A stretch of 64,000 nucleotides of DNA from Burkholderiales bacterium (GTDB lineage Bacteria; Pseudomonadota; Gammaproteobacteria; Burkholderiales; JACQAP01): NCBI GenBank assembly GCA_035275265.1, contig DATENC010000006.1, positions 243,667 through 307,666 on the forward strand, in the 5' to 3' direction. A model generated the notes under the pieces. It searched no databases. It saw nothing but the letters and a program-made list of their open reading frames with translations, and had not been told where the DNA came from. The translations under genes and the position numbers were made by a program. The stretch's first letter is position 1. Every line of letters begins with the position of its first letter. This document shows, one piece after another, positions 1 to 12,228 of this stretch.

Positions 1-1286
1 ATGACTGCCGATTCGGCAACGCCGGGCAGTGCGTCGAGCACCAACTCGATTTCTTTCGGATAAACGTTGTAGCCGCCGCTTATGATCAGGTCCTTGGCAC
101 GGCCAACGATGGAGAGATAGCCGTCACGATCAAAAACACCAACGTCGCCGGTACGGAAGTACCCGTCGGCGGTGAACTCTTCCCGCGTCTTTTCCGGCAT
201 GCGCCAGTAACCCGCAAAGACGTTTTCACCCTTCACTTGAATCGCGCCGGTTATCCCTTTGCCTACCGCGCGGTCGCGCTCATCCGCAATTCGAACCGAT
301 ATTCCCGGTAGAGGCAAACCGACCGTACCCCCGCGTCGCTCGCCGGAAAGCGGGTTCGAGCTGATCATGCCGGCCTCGGACATGCCGTAGCGCTCCAGTA
401 TGGTCTTGCCGGTACGTACTTCGAAACCTTTGAAGGTCTCCAACTGAAGCGGCGCGGAACCGGACACGAACAGCCTGACGTTGTTGCACATCGCGCTCGT
501 GAATGACGTTTCGTTCAGCAGCCGGGTATAAAAGGTCGGCACGCCCATCATCACGCTGGCACGCGACAGGTCGCGCATCACCAGACCTACATCGAATCTT
601 CTGTGCCAAAGCAGCTTCGCGCCGGCCAGAAGCGCGCAGTGATTGGCAACGAACAGGCCGTGCACGTGAAACATGGGCAGCGCGTGCAGCAGCACATCGT
701 TTGTGCCGAATTTCCAGAAATCCACCAGTACGCGGGCGTTGGAGGCAAGGTTCTGGTGCGTGACCGTCGCCCCCTTGGACCGTCCGGTCGTACCAGAAGT
801 GTAGACAATCACCGCGGAATCGCCAGGCTGCATTTCTGCCGTTTCGAAATCGTGCGCAGCCGCAGCGGACGCGTCTTCCAACGTGCCGCCGCCATCCTCA
901 TTCAGGGTGACGACCTGAGAACGGCCGCCGCACAGTTCCTGCATCAGCGCGGCCGCCGGCGGCTGGCATACGATCGCCATGGGTTCGGCATCACCGAGAA
1001 AGTACGACAACTCGCCGCGCTGGTATGCAATATTCAGCGGCAGATAGATCAGGCCGGCGCGCAGGCAACCCAGATAAAGGAACAGCGACGCGGGGGATTT
1101 CTCTACCTGCACCGCGATGCGGTCGCCGCGTCTTGCGCCGAGGCCGGTCAACAGGTTCGCATAGCGCGCTGATTCGCGCGCCAGATCGCCGTAGGTGAAT
1201 GTCCTGCCGGTTTCAGTCTCCAGAAAATCTTGCCGCAGGCGGTCGCGGTTTGCGGCTTCGATTGCGGCGTAGAAATTTGCGTTCAT
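1..1286 (-). CDS. matB: Malonyl-CoA synthetase (MatB-like acyl-CoA ligase), 3' end runs off the window
   Basis: Not in the ORF track because it is truncated. Translated by hand from ATG at 1286: MNANFYAAIE...GDRIAVQVEKSP...YLGCLRAGLIYLPLN; AMP-binding motif IVYTSGTTGRSKG, LLHALPMFHVHGLFVA, MMGVPTFYTRLL, ILERYGMSE, GYWRMPEKTREEFTADGYFRTGDVG, GRAKDLIISGGYNVYPKEIE. Start and end are in the same frame; start overlaps the upstream stop (TGATG). Confidence 0.88.
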   Translation of the reverse strand, partial: MNANFYAAIEAANRDRLRQDFLETETGRTFTYGDLARESARYANLLTGLGARRGDRIAVQVEKSPASLFLYLGCLRAGLIYLPLNIAYQRGELSYFLGDAEPMAIVCQPPAAALMQELCGGRSQVVTLNEDGGGTLEDASAAAAHDFETAEMQPGDSAVIVYTSGTTGRSKGATVTHQNLASNARVLVDFWKFGTNDVLLHALPMFHVHGLFVANHCALLAGAKLLWHRRFDVGLVMRDLSRASVMMGVPTFYTRLLNETSFTSAMCNNVRLFVSGSAPLQLETFKGFEVRTGKTILERYGMSEAGMISSNPLSGERRGGTVGLPLPGISVRIADERDRAVGKGITGAIQVKGENVFAGYWRMPEKTREEFTADGYFRTGDVGVFDRDGYLSIVGRAKDLIISGGYNVYPKEIELVLDALPGVAESAV

Positions 1287-2554
1287 CAGATAATCGTGTC
1301 CACGACGCCTGCGCGCAAATAGTCGTCCACGTCGCCGCGCACACTGCTGCGGCCGATCACGCGCGCCATGGCTGCCGGCGGCAGCATCTGCACGTTTGCA
1401 CCCGGCAGTGCCACCACACGGGTGGCCGGGGCCGCCAGCGCCACATAAATCCCGCCCGCCGCCTCGCCCAGAAGCTGCAGCGTAACCCGGTGTCCGCGTC
1501 CGCGGAGATGCGAGAGCACGAGAGCGAGATGGGAGACGTACTGGGAAAGCATGATGCGTTCGTCGCGAAGAGTGGGTGCCTGTCCGGGGGCATCGAGCAG
1601 CAGCATGACTGCCTCGCCGGGCCGCGAATCCGCCGCCGAGAGACACGCGCCCGCCAGCGTCCACAGCGCCAGTGCACCAACCGGCTCGTCGCTTACCAGA
1701 CCGAAGAACGTATCGGGCGAGGTCTTCGTGGTCCTACCGATCAGCACGCCGTCAATGGTGCGCGCCTGAAAACCCGGCGGCACCACTTGCAGCAACGCAG
1801 CTGGCGGCGCCAACTCGGCATTCGACAGCGGCGAGGGTGCCATCCCGTGCTCGAGCAGCCGCGTGCCGAGTTGGTTATGTTGTTTGCGCACGTCGAGTTG
1901 GGATTCCTCATCGTGCTGGGCCATCCAGTCCAGCACGGCCGCGCGAAAATTGACGGTGCTGTCCGCGCACAGGCGATCCGTCGGCTGCAATCTCACCCGT
2001 GCTGCGCCTCCCATCAAAGCCGTGACCGCCTGCGTGTCTTCGGCGTCGAGTTCCTGTCGTCCGCCGAGGGCCTGGATCACCGCCGGTCCCGACATCGCCA
2101 GCCGCGAGGCCGCCGAATATATGCGGCGTTCGCAGGTCGTCGCCAACATGCTTGCACCGCCAAAACAGTCGCGCCCCAGAACCGCGAGCGTCGGCACTCC
2201 GGCAAGCCTGAGGTCGAGAAAGTGGCGATAAAGCTGGCGGAACGCGCCGAGCGCAGGCAGGCCTTCGTCTAACCTTGCGCCGGCCGAATCCAGACACAGG
2301 ATCACCGGGACGCCGTCGTTCCGGCATTGCTGAAGCAACGTCGAGAGCGCCTGCGAGTCCACCACACCGAACGAACCGCCTGCGATGTCGTGGTCGGTCG
2401 CGGCGATCGCTACGCGAGTACCGCCGACCGTGCCGGCGCCGGCAGTCAAAGCGCAGCGCGTATCCCGTGTGGTCGCCAGAAACGAACCAGGATCGAGCAA
2501 CGTCGCAACCCGCCCCGCCGGATCAGTGGCCGAGAACGAATCCGAAGACATCAC
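1286..2554 (-). CDS. Fused biotin-independent malonate decarboxylase beta+gamma (MdcD-MdcE-like) carboxyltransferase-fold protein
   Basis: N-half: LLDPGSF, GGSFG, LDSAGARLDEG, CFGGASM, RLAMSGPAVI (MdcD/AccD-like). C-half: LLDAPGQ...RGHRVTLQLLGEAAGGIYVALAAPATRVVALPGANVQMLPPAAMARV (MdcE-like). Start GTG 2554 or ATG 2551. Confidence 0.75.
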   Translation of the reverse strand: MMSSDSFSATDPAGRVATLLDPGSFLATTRDTRCALTAGAGTVGGTRVAIAATDHDIAGGSFGVVDSQALSTLLQQCRNDGVPVILCLDSAGARLDEGLPALGAFRQLYRHFLDLRLAGVPTLAVLGRDCFGGASMLATTCERRIYSAASRLAMSGPAVIQALGGRQELDAEDTQAVTALMGGAARVRLQPTDRLCADSTVNFRAAVLDWMAQHDEESQLDVRKQHNQLGTRLLEHGMAPSPLSNAELAPPAALLQVVPPGFQARTIDGVLIGRTTKTSPDTFFGLVSDEPVGALALWTLAGACLSAADSRPGEAVMLLLDAPGQAPTLRDERIMLSQYVSHLALVLSHLRGRGHRVTLQLLGEAAGGIYVALAAPATRVVALPGANVQMLPPAAMARVIGRSSVRGDVDDYLRAGVVDTII

Positions 2555-2572
2555 TGATCGCCCGACGTGCCG

Positions 2573-3703
2573 CTAGATGTTGCACCAGCGGCGCGCGATC
2601 TCCTCGTATGCGCCAACCGACTCGGCGACGCGCTCGACGACGCAATACTCGTCAGTCTGGTGCGCCAGCAACGCTTCGCCAGGCCCGAGAATAATGGTTG
2701 GCGGGGTGCCGTAAACAAGATTGAGTGCCGCGGCATCGGTGAAGTATGTCGCCGCCCGCGGCTCAGGCCGGCTGCCGAGAATGGGGCGCATCACCTCGAA
2801 CACCTCCTGAATCCAGGGATCCTCGGGCGCGGTGAAAACACTTTCCAGATCGAGCAGCGTTTCGAGCTCGACGTCAACTCCCAGTCGTCGCTCGAGCTCG
2901 TCCTTGAGTTCGGCGTGCCTGACGTTGGGAACGGTGCGGATGTCGATGCCGATCACGGCCTCGTCCGGCACCGAATTTATGTTGAGTCCGCCGCGGATGG
3001 TTCCGACGTTGAGTGTCGCTTGGCCCATAAGGGCGTGCGGCGGATTGGCGAAACGGAATTTCTCCAGTACCGCAACCGCGCGCGCTGCCTTGAATACCGC
3101 ATTGACGCCTTTCTCCGGCATCGAGCCGTGCGAGGTGACCCCTCTGGTGCGGGCGTTGAGCCAGAACGCGCCCTTGTGGCCGACGAACGGATAGTTCGAC
3201 GATGGCTCGCACACTACCACCGCGCCCGCGCGCCCAAGCGCTCCGCTCTTCTGCGAGAGCTGAAATGCTCCCTGGCAGCCCGTTTCCTCGCCGGCGGTGA
3301 TCACCAGTTCCAGACCCGGTGAGCGTTGGAGCTTACCGGAGAGGTTCACACAAGCCGTCACAAATGCCGCCACACCGGACTTCATGTCGCTCGTGCCGCG
3401 TCCGTAAAGTTTGCCGGCGTCGGTGTCCGCCGCGAAAGGGTCCATTTTCCATTTCGCCGCACCCAGCGGCACGGTATCGATGTGTCCGGTAAAGCACAGC
3501 GGCGCCTTTTCGCTCGAGCCCCCTATGGTCGCGACCAGGCTGGCGCGTTTCGACGACAATGTGTGATACGTCACCTTGAAGCCGGCATTCTCCAACAGTA
3601 CCCCAAGATGCCGCGCGCAATGCTCCTCATCGCCCGGCGGGTTTATGGTGTTCATGCGGACCATCTGTTTGGTCAGTTCGATCGCATCGATGTGCCCTGC
3701 CAC
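2573..3703 (-). CDS. M20 family metallo-deacylase/peptidase (ArgE/DapE-like)
   Basis: Complete metal-binding motif set GHIDTVP, GRGTSDMKSG, GEETG, CEPS, AHQTDE. Start moved to GTG at 3703 because AAGGAGGA lies 7 nt upstream. Confidence 0.9.
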   Translation of the reverse strand: MAGHIDAIELTKQMVRMNTINPPGDEEHCARHLGVLLENAGFKVTYHTLSSKRASLVATIGGSSEKAPLCFTGHIDTVPLGAAKWKMDPFAADTDAGKLYGRGTSDMKSGVAAFVTACVNLSGKLQRSPGLELVITAGEETGCQGAFQLSQKSGALGRAGAVVVCEPSSNYPFVGHKGAFWLNARTRGVTSHGSMPEKGVNAVFKAARAVAVLEKFRFANPPHALMGQATLNVGTIRGGLNINSVPDEAVIGIDIRTVPNVRHAELKDELERRLGVDVELETLLDLESVFTAPEDPWIQEVFEVMRPILGSRPEPRAATYFTDAAALNLVYGTPPTIILGPGEALLAHQTDEYCVVERVAESVGAYEEIARRWCNI

Positions 3704-3801
3704 GAATCTATCCTCCTTCAATCGATAGCATCGCCCGCTCTCGGCCACATGGTACCCGCGTGCTGGCGAAAGCGCATGGCCGCTGGTGCATTGCCGTGGC
3801 C

Positions 3802-3807
3802 TATAAT
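3802..3807 (+). promoter_or_regulatory. Putative sigma70 -10 box for the ABC transporter operon
   Basis: Perfect TATAAT in the divergent intergenic region 77 nt upstream of the SBP start; no good -35 seen. Confidence 0.35.
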
Positions 3808-3883
3808 CTACCGTCCGCAGGACTCAAGTGGATTTCGTGCCTTGGAACAGTTTGACAAGAGATTCCTCGTACGGGAGATCGCC

Positions 3884-5458
3884 ATGAAGGTCGTTTCCGC
3901 GTCGCTTCGCGCGTTCGCGCTGGCGCTCGCGTTTGCCGCGGGTTCTGCCGCGGCGCAGGAAAAGGTCCTGAAGTTTATCCCGCAGGCCGATCTGCGCATC
4001 CTCGATCCGATCACGACCACTGCCTACATCACGCGCAATCACGGCTATATGGTGTACGACACGCTGTTTGCGGCCGACGCCAAGTTCCAGGTCCAGCCAC
4101 AGATGGTCGACAAGTGGGAGCTTTCACGCGACAAACTCACCTATACGTTCACTCTGCGCGATGGGCTCAAATTCCACGATGGCCAGCCGGTGCGATCGGC
4201 GGATTGCATCGCGTCGATCGAGCGTTGGGGCAAGCGCGATTCGCTAGGCCAGAGGCTCGCGCAGTCGACCGAGTCGTGGACAGCGGTAAACGACAAGACC
4301 TTCAAGCTCAAGCTCAAGAAGCCTTTCCCGCTCACCCTGGATGCACTAGGCAAGCTGTCGTCGAACGTGCCGTTCATCATGCCGGAGCGCATCGCCAGGA
4401 CAGACGCGTTCCAGAATGTCACCGAGGCGATCGGCTCGGGCCCGTTCAAGTTCGTGAAGGAAGAATGGGTGCCGGGCAGCAAGGTGGTCTACGCCAAGAA
4501 TTCCGACTACGTGCCGCGCAAGGAGGCACCATCCTGGGCCGCCGGCGGCAAGATAGCAAAGGTCGATCGCGTCGAGTGGATCTACATCCCGGACTCCGCG
4601 ACCGCCGCCGCGGCACTGAACGCCGGCGAGGCCGATTGGTGGGAGCAGCTACCGCCCGACCTGATCCCGCTGCTGCGCAAGAACAAAGACGTGCGCGTCG
4701 AGAACATCGACCCGATCGGCTCGCTCGGCCTGATGCGCTTCAATTTCCTGCAACCGCCATTCAATAACCAGAAGCTGCGCGAGGCGCTGCTCTATGTAGT
4801 GAACCAGAAAGACTACGTGATGGGGATCGCGGGCAGCGAGGCTAACGGACATCCTTGCTACTCGTTCTACACGTGTGGGACACCGCTCGCGTCCGAGATC
4901 GGCGCCGGCCCACTGAAGGGCAAGCGCGACTTCGACAAAGCCAAGCAGCTGATACAGGCGTCCGGCTACAAAGGCGAGAAGATCGTGATCATCTCGGCCA
5001 CCGATCAGCCGATCGTGCACGCGCAGTCGCTGATCACCGCAGAACTATTGCGCAAGCTCGGGCTCAACGTCGAACTGCAGGCCGGCGACTGGGGGACCCT
5101 GATCACGCGCCGCACGTCGAAGGAGCCGGTCGATAAGGGCGGCTGGTCGATCTTCCATACCTGGTTCGTCGGGCCGGACATGCTGTCGCCGGCCAACATG
5201 CCGATGGTCAATCTGGGCGAGAAGTCCTGGTTCGGTTGGCCCTCGGATCCGAAGATCGAGGAATTGCGCCAGGCTTGGTTCAACACGACCGACGCCGCGT
5301 CGGGCAAGAAGGTTGCTGATGCGGTTCAGCTCGCTGCCTTCAGGTTTCTACCCTACATCACGACCGCGCAGTTTATTATTCCAACTGCCTATCGTTCGAA
5401 CCTGTCGGGCGTGATCGTCGCACCGGTGACGTTCCTCTGGAACGTCGACAAGAAGTGA
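3884..5458 (+). CDS. ABC transporter substrate-binding protein, family 5 (Dpp/Opp-like)
   Basis: Signal peptide MKVVSASLRAFALALAFAAGSAAA after GGAG RBS; LDPITTTAYITRNHGYMVYDTLF, YTFTLRDGLKFHDG, IGSGPFKF. Start at ATG 3884, not 3326. Confidence 0.92.
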   Translation: MKVVSASLRAFALALAFAAGSAAAQEKVLKFIPQADLRILDPITTTAYITRNHGYMVYDTLFAADAKFQVQPQMVDKWELSRDKLTYTFTLRDGLKFHDGQPVRSADCIASIERWGKRDSLGQRLAQSTESWTAVNDKTFKLKLKKPFPLTLDALGKLSSNVPFIMPERIARTDAFQNVTEAIGSGPFKFVKEEWVPGSKVVYAKNSDYVPRKEAPSWAAGGKIAKVDRVEWIYIPDSATAAAALNAGEADWWEQLPPDLIPLLRKNKDVRVENIDPIGSLGLMRFNFLQPPFNNQKLREALLYVVNQKDYVMGIAGSEANGHPCYSFYTCGTPLASEIGAGPLKGKRDFDKAKQLIQASGYKGEKIVIISATDQPIVHAQSLITAELLRKLGLNVELQAGDWGTLITRRTSKEPVDKGGWSIFHTWFVGPDMLSPANMPMVNLGEKSWFGWPSDPKIEELRQAWFNTTDAASGKKVADAVQLAAFRFLPYITTAQFIIPTAYRSNLSGVIVAPVTFLWNVDKK

Positions 5459-5467
5459 CCGCCCCGC

Positions 5468-6409
5468 ATGATCGTCTACATTCTGCGCCGGCTCGGCGCG
5501 ACGCTGATCGTCATGGCGGTGGTCGCGCTGTTCGTGTTCTCGCTGCTGTTCCTGACGCCGGGCGATCCGGCTGCGGTCATTGCCGGTGACGTTGCGACCA
5601 CCGACGACATCCAGAGAATTCGAGAGAAACTCGGCCTGAACGAGCCGTTTCTGGTTCAGTTCGGCAACTGGGTTGGCCGGCTGCTGCACGGCGACCTCGG
5701 CACGTCGATCTTCACTAATCTGCCGGTCACCAAGCTGATCGGGCAGCGTGTCCAGCCGACCGTGTCGCTGACGCTGTTGACGCTGGTCTTTGCGGTGCTG
5801 ATCGCGGTGCCTGTCGGCGTGTTAGCCGCCGCAAAGGCGGGCACCTGGACCGACCGCCTCGTGATGGGTTTCTCCGTGCTCGCGTTCTCGGTGCCGGTGT
5901 TTGTGCTGGCCTATCTGCTAATCGGCCTTTTCTCGATCCGCCTCGAATGGCTGCCGGTGCAGGGCTACCGACCGCTGAGTGATGGCGTCTGGCCCTGGCT
6001 TTCCCATCTCATCCTGCCGAGCATCGCGTTGGGCACGGTCTACATGGCGTTCATCGCGCGCATTACACGCGCGGCCATGCTCGACGTATTGGCGCAGGAC
6101 TACATCCGCACTGCGAACGCGAAGGGACTCTCACCGCGTGCGGTGCTCACGGGCCATGCGCTCAAGAACGCCGGTGTACCCATCATCACGGTGATCGGCA
6201 TAGGCATTGCATTACTGATCAGCGGCGCAATCGTGACCGAAACGGTGTTCGCGATTCCCGGCATCGGCAGGCTTACGGTCGATGCGATCTTGCGCCGCGA
6301 CTACCCGATTATTCAGGGCGTGATTCTGCTGTTTTCCGGCGTGTACGTGCTGATCAACCTGCTGGTCGATCTTTCCTACCGCTTGTTCGACCCGCGCATC
6401 CGCTACTGA
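5468..6409 (+). CDS. Peptide/nickel ABC transporter permease (DppB-like)
   Basis: PGDPA, LHGDLGTS, DYIRTANAKGL (EAA loop), ETVFAIPGIG, DPRIRY. Confidence 0.93.
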   Translation: MIVYILRRLGATLIVMAVVALFVFSLLFLTPGDPAAVIAGDVATTDDIQRIREKLGLNEPFLVQFGNWVGRLLHGDLGTSIFTNLPVTKLIGQRVQPTVSLTLLTLVFAVLIAVPVGVLAAAKAGTWTDRLVMGFSVLAFSVPVFVLAYLLIGLFSIRLEWLPVQGYRPLSDGVWPWLSHLILPSIALGTVYMAFIARITRAAMLDVLAQDYIRTANAKGLSPRAVLTGHALKNAGVPIITVIGIGIALLISGAIVTETVFAIPGIGRLTVDAILRRDYPIIQGVILLFSGVYVLINLLVDLSYRLFDPRIRY

Positions 6410-6410
6410 C

Positions 6411-7289
6411 ATGACCACGGCAGTTCTCACCGAGTCGAAACCCGCGTCGCCAACCTGGCAGTGGTTCGGTGATGCATTTCGCCGCCATCCGACCGCCATC
6501 GCCGGCGGAATAGTACTCGCCGTTATGGTGCTGATCGCGTTGCTGGCACCCTGGCTCGGCACCGTGGACCCTCAGGCACTCTCGCCGATCCAGCGTCTCA
6601 AGCCGCCCTCAAGCGAACACTGGTTCGGCACCGACATGCTCGGCCGCGACGTATATAGCCGCGTGATTTATGGTTCTCGCATCTCGCTCGCGGTCGGGAT
6701 CTCTGTCGCCACATTCTCAATTGCCGTAGGCCTGACAATCGGGCTCGTCACCGGCTTCACCCGTTGGCTCGACGCCATCGTCATGCGCGTGATGGATGGC
6801 CTGATGTCGATTCCGTCGGTGCTGCTCGCCATTGCGCTGATGGCGCTGACGAAAGCAAGTGTTGGCAATGTCATCCTCGCGATCACGCTCGCCGAAGTGC
6901 CGCGCGTCGTGCGGCTGGTGCGCGGGTTGGTCCTCAGCTTGCGCGAGCAGCCGTATGTGGAAGCTGCAATCGCCGCGGGCACCAATCTGCCCCTCATCCT
7001 GCTGCGCCATATCCTGCCCAACACCGTGGCTCCGCTGCTGGTGCAGGGCACCTACATCTGCGCCTCCGCCATGATCCTCGAGGCGATCCTCTCGTTCATC
7101 GGCGCGGGCACGCCGCCGAACATTCCGAGTTGGGGCAACATCATGGCCGAGGCGAGGAGTCTGTTCCAAATCGCCGGCTACTTGATCCTGTTCCCCGGCC
7201 TTTTCCTGTCGCTGACGGTGCTCGCGGTGAATATGCTCGGCGACGGCATGCGCGATGCGCTCGACCCGCGGCTAGCGCGGCGGATGTAG
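6411..7289 (+). CDS. Peptide/nickel ABC transporter permease (DppC-like)
   Basis: [53 protein letters not shown]. Confidence 0.93.
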   Translation: MTTAVLTESKPASPTWQWFGDAFRRHPTAIAGGIVLAVMVLIALLAPWLGTVDPQALSPIQRLKPPSSEHWFGTDMLGRDVYSRVIYGSRISLAVGISVATFSIAVGLTIGLVTGFTRWLDAIVMRVMDGLMSIPSVLLAIALMALTKASVGNVILAITLAEVPRVVRLVRGLVLSLREQPYVEAAIAAGTNLPLILLRHILPNTVAPLLVQGTYICASAMILEAILSFIGAGTPPNIPSWGNIMAEARSLFQIAGYLILFPGLFLSLTVLAVNMLGDGMRDALDPRLARRM

Positions 7290-7293
7290 TCAC

Positions 7294-8273
<980 letters not shown>

Positions 8274-8277
<4 letters not shown>

Positions 8278-9257
8278 CGGCCCCCGGCGATGTGCTGCTC
8301 GAAGCTTTCGGGCTACGCAAGTTTTTCCCCGTGAAGATGGGGCTACTCGCCCGCCGCGCGAACGTTCACGCGGTCGACGGCGTGAGCTTCTGGATCAGAC
8401 AGGGCGAGACGCTCGGGCTGGTCGGCGAATCGGGCTGCGGCAAATCCACTACCGGCAAGCTCATCCTGCGGCTGCTGGATCCGACCGAGGGCCGCATCCT
8501 CTGGCGCGGCCGGCGCATCGATCAGCTCAATCGCGCGGACATGCGGCCGGTGCGGCGCGAACTCCAAGCCGTGTTCCAGGACCCATACTCGTCGCTGAAC
8601 CCGCGCATGCGCGCGGGCGACATCGTGGCCGAACCGATCCGAAATTACGAGGCCTTGCCTGCGGCCGAAGTGCGGCGACGCACGGCTCACCTGTTGGAGC
8701 GCGTCGGCCTGCGTCCCGATCAGATGGTCAAATATCCATACGAATTCTCCGGGGGCCAGCGCCAGCGGCTCGGCATCGCGCGGGCATTGTCGGTACGGCC
8801 ACGCCTGATCGTGTGCGACGAACCGGTATCGGCCCTCGACGTGTCCGTGCAGGCGCAGGTGATCAACCTGCTTATGGACCTGCAGGCGGAGTTCGGGCTC
8901 TCGTACCTGTTCGTCGCACACGATCTCGCCGTGGTCGAACATATCAGCCATCGCGTTGCGGTGATGTATCTCGGCAAGATCGTCGAGATCGCACCGAAGA
9001 GGGCAATTTTTGCGCATCCGCAGCATCCCTATACCGAGGCGCTGTTGGAAGCCGTACCGGTGCCGAACCCGACAATGATCAAGCGGCGCCGCCTGCTCGC
9101 GGGCGACGTGCCAAGCCCTATGGATCCGCCGTCAGGGTGCCGCTTCCACACGCGCTGTCCTTATGTCGAGGAGCGCTGCAAGCGCGAGGAGCCGCCGTTA
9201 CAAGAGATCTCACCGGGGCATTGGGCGGCATGCCATTTACGACAGCCGATCGCCTGA
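8274..9257 (+). CDS. Peptide ABC transporter ATP-binding protein (DppF-like)
   Basis: [38 protein letters not shown]; ATGA overlap with the preceding gene puts the start at 8274. Confidence 0.95.
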
Positions 9258-9321
9258 ATATATGAGGCCGGAGCCGTCGTCGAGTTGGCCTATCGCGGAC
9301 ACCGGGGCAAAGCGTGGCGGT

Positions 9322-9741
9322 TTATTTCTTGCGCAGCCTGCGGATGGCGGCCAGTTGCGCGGCGAGCATGGCGAGCTCACCTTCGACCACTGCGATTTCC
9401 TGTTTGTCCTGCGCCTTGGCGCGCGCTTCCTCGGCGCGCTTCATTGCTTCCACCGCCTTGGTTTCGTCGAGATCGCGGCCACGGATCGCAGTGTCGGCGA
9501 GCACGGTCACCAGCGCAGGTTGGACTTCCAGAACTCCGCCCGCGACGAAAATCAGGTTTTCCTCGCCGCCTCCGGCCGGCCGGATGCGCACTGCGCCTGG
9601 CTTGATGCGGGTTATCAGCGGAGCATGGCGCGGATAGATGCCTAGTTCGCCCGCCTCTCCGGGCAGGACGACGAACTCCGCCTCGCCGGAGAAAATGGAC
9701 TCCTCCGCGCTCACCACATCTACGTGCATCGTGTTTGCCAT
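9322..9741 (-). CDS. atpC: ATP synthase F1 epsilon subunit
   Basis: [34 protein letters not shown]; last gene of atp operon. Confidence 0.97.
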   Translation of the reverse strand: MANTMHVDVVSAEESIFSGEAEFVVLPGEAGELGIYPRHAPLITRIKPGAVRIRPAGGGEENLIFVAGGVLEVQPALVTVLADTAIRGRDLDETKAVEAMKRAEEARAKAQDKQEIAVVEGELAMLAAQLAAIRRLRKK

Positions 9742-9818
9742 ATTGCTTTCCCAGTGAGGCGTGAGTGTGGGGTCTGAGGTCTGAACCCAAACCGCACTTG
9801 TCCCTCGCGCCTCTCCCC

Positions 9819-11252
<1,434 letters not shown>

Positions 11253-11302
11253 CTAAAGTCGGAGTTCAAATTCTTAATAAGTCCGCAGCGCATCGCAATG
11301 CT

Positions 11303-12166
11303 TCATACGGCTGCCGCACCACCGACGATCTCCGAGAGCTCCTTGGTGATCGCCGCCTGGCGGCTCTTGTTGTAGATCAGGGTCAGTTCGTCGATCAGCG
11401 TCGCCGCATTGTCGGAAGCCGACTTCATCGCCACCATACGCGCCGACTGTTCGGATGCCATGTTCTCCGAAACGCCTTGATAGACCACCGCCTCGATGTA
11501 GCGGGTCAGCACCTGTTCGAGCACGGTTTTCGCCTCCGGTTCGTAGATGTAGTCCCAGGTTCCTTCAGGGGCGCCGAGCCGTTCCCCGGATAGCGGCAGC
11601 AATTGCTCCATCACCGGTTCCTGCTTCATGGTGTTGATGAAACGGGTGTAGAAAATCAGCACACGGTCGAAACGGTCTTCGGTGTAGCTGTCGAGCATGA
11701 CCTTTACCGCACCGATCAGATTCTCGAGTTTCGGACGATCGCCCAGACCCGCGGACTTGGAAACGATGTTTGCCCCCAGGCGCTGCATGAAGCCGAGACC
11801 CTTGCCCCCGATGCAGCAGACGTCGATCTCCTCCCCCTCGGACTGCCACTGCTTGTAATGGTTGAGCATCATGCGCAGTACATTGGTATTGAGCGCGCCG
11901 CACAATCCTTTGTCGGTGGTGACGATGATGATGCCGACGCGTTTGACCGTGTCGCGCTCCACCAGAAAAGGATGGCGATATTCGGGATTGGCGTGCGAAA
12001 TGTGCGCCGCGACGTTACGGATCTTCTCGGCGTATGGACGGGCCGCGCGCATGCGCTCCTGCACCTTGCGCATCTTGGATGCGGCAACCATTTCCATCGC
12101 CTTGGTGATCTTGCGAGTGCTCTGAACACTCTTGATCTTGGTACGTATCTCTTTTGTGCCTGCCAT
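11303..12166 (-). CDS. atpG: ATP synthase F1 gamma subunit
   Basis: [46 protein letters not shown]. Confidence 0.99.
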   Translation of the reverse strand: MAGTKEIRTKIKSVQSTRKITKAMEMVAASKMRKVQERMRAARPYAEKIRNVAAHISHANPEYRHPFLVERDTVKRVGIIIVTTDKGLCGALNTNVLRMMLNHYKQWQSEGEEIDVCCIGGKGLGFMQRLGANIVSKSAGLGDRPKLENLIGAVKVMLDSYTEDRFDRVLIFYTRFINTMKQEPVMEQLLPLSGERLGAPEGTWDYIYEPEAKTVLEQVLTRYIEAVVYQGVSENMASEQSARMVAMKSASDNAATLIDELTLIYNKSRQAAITKELSEIVGGAAAV

Positions 12167-12228
12167 AGATCGTCTTGTGGGTCGGGGTTTCCTGCGGGCT
12201 CACGCCTGAGTCTGGTCACTCGCCTGTC

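Noticed and set aside
1199-3322. Plus-strand ORFs 1199-2272 and 2567-3322
   Set aside because: Antisense shadows of the MdcDE-like and M20 genes; no recognisable motifs; common in GC-rich DNA.
3326-3883. 186-aa N-terminal extension of the SBP ORF
   Set aside because: Overlaps the M20 gene on the opposite strand; signal peptide and RBS place the start at 3884.
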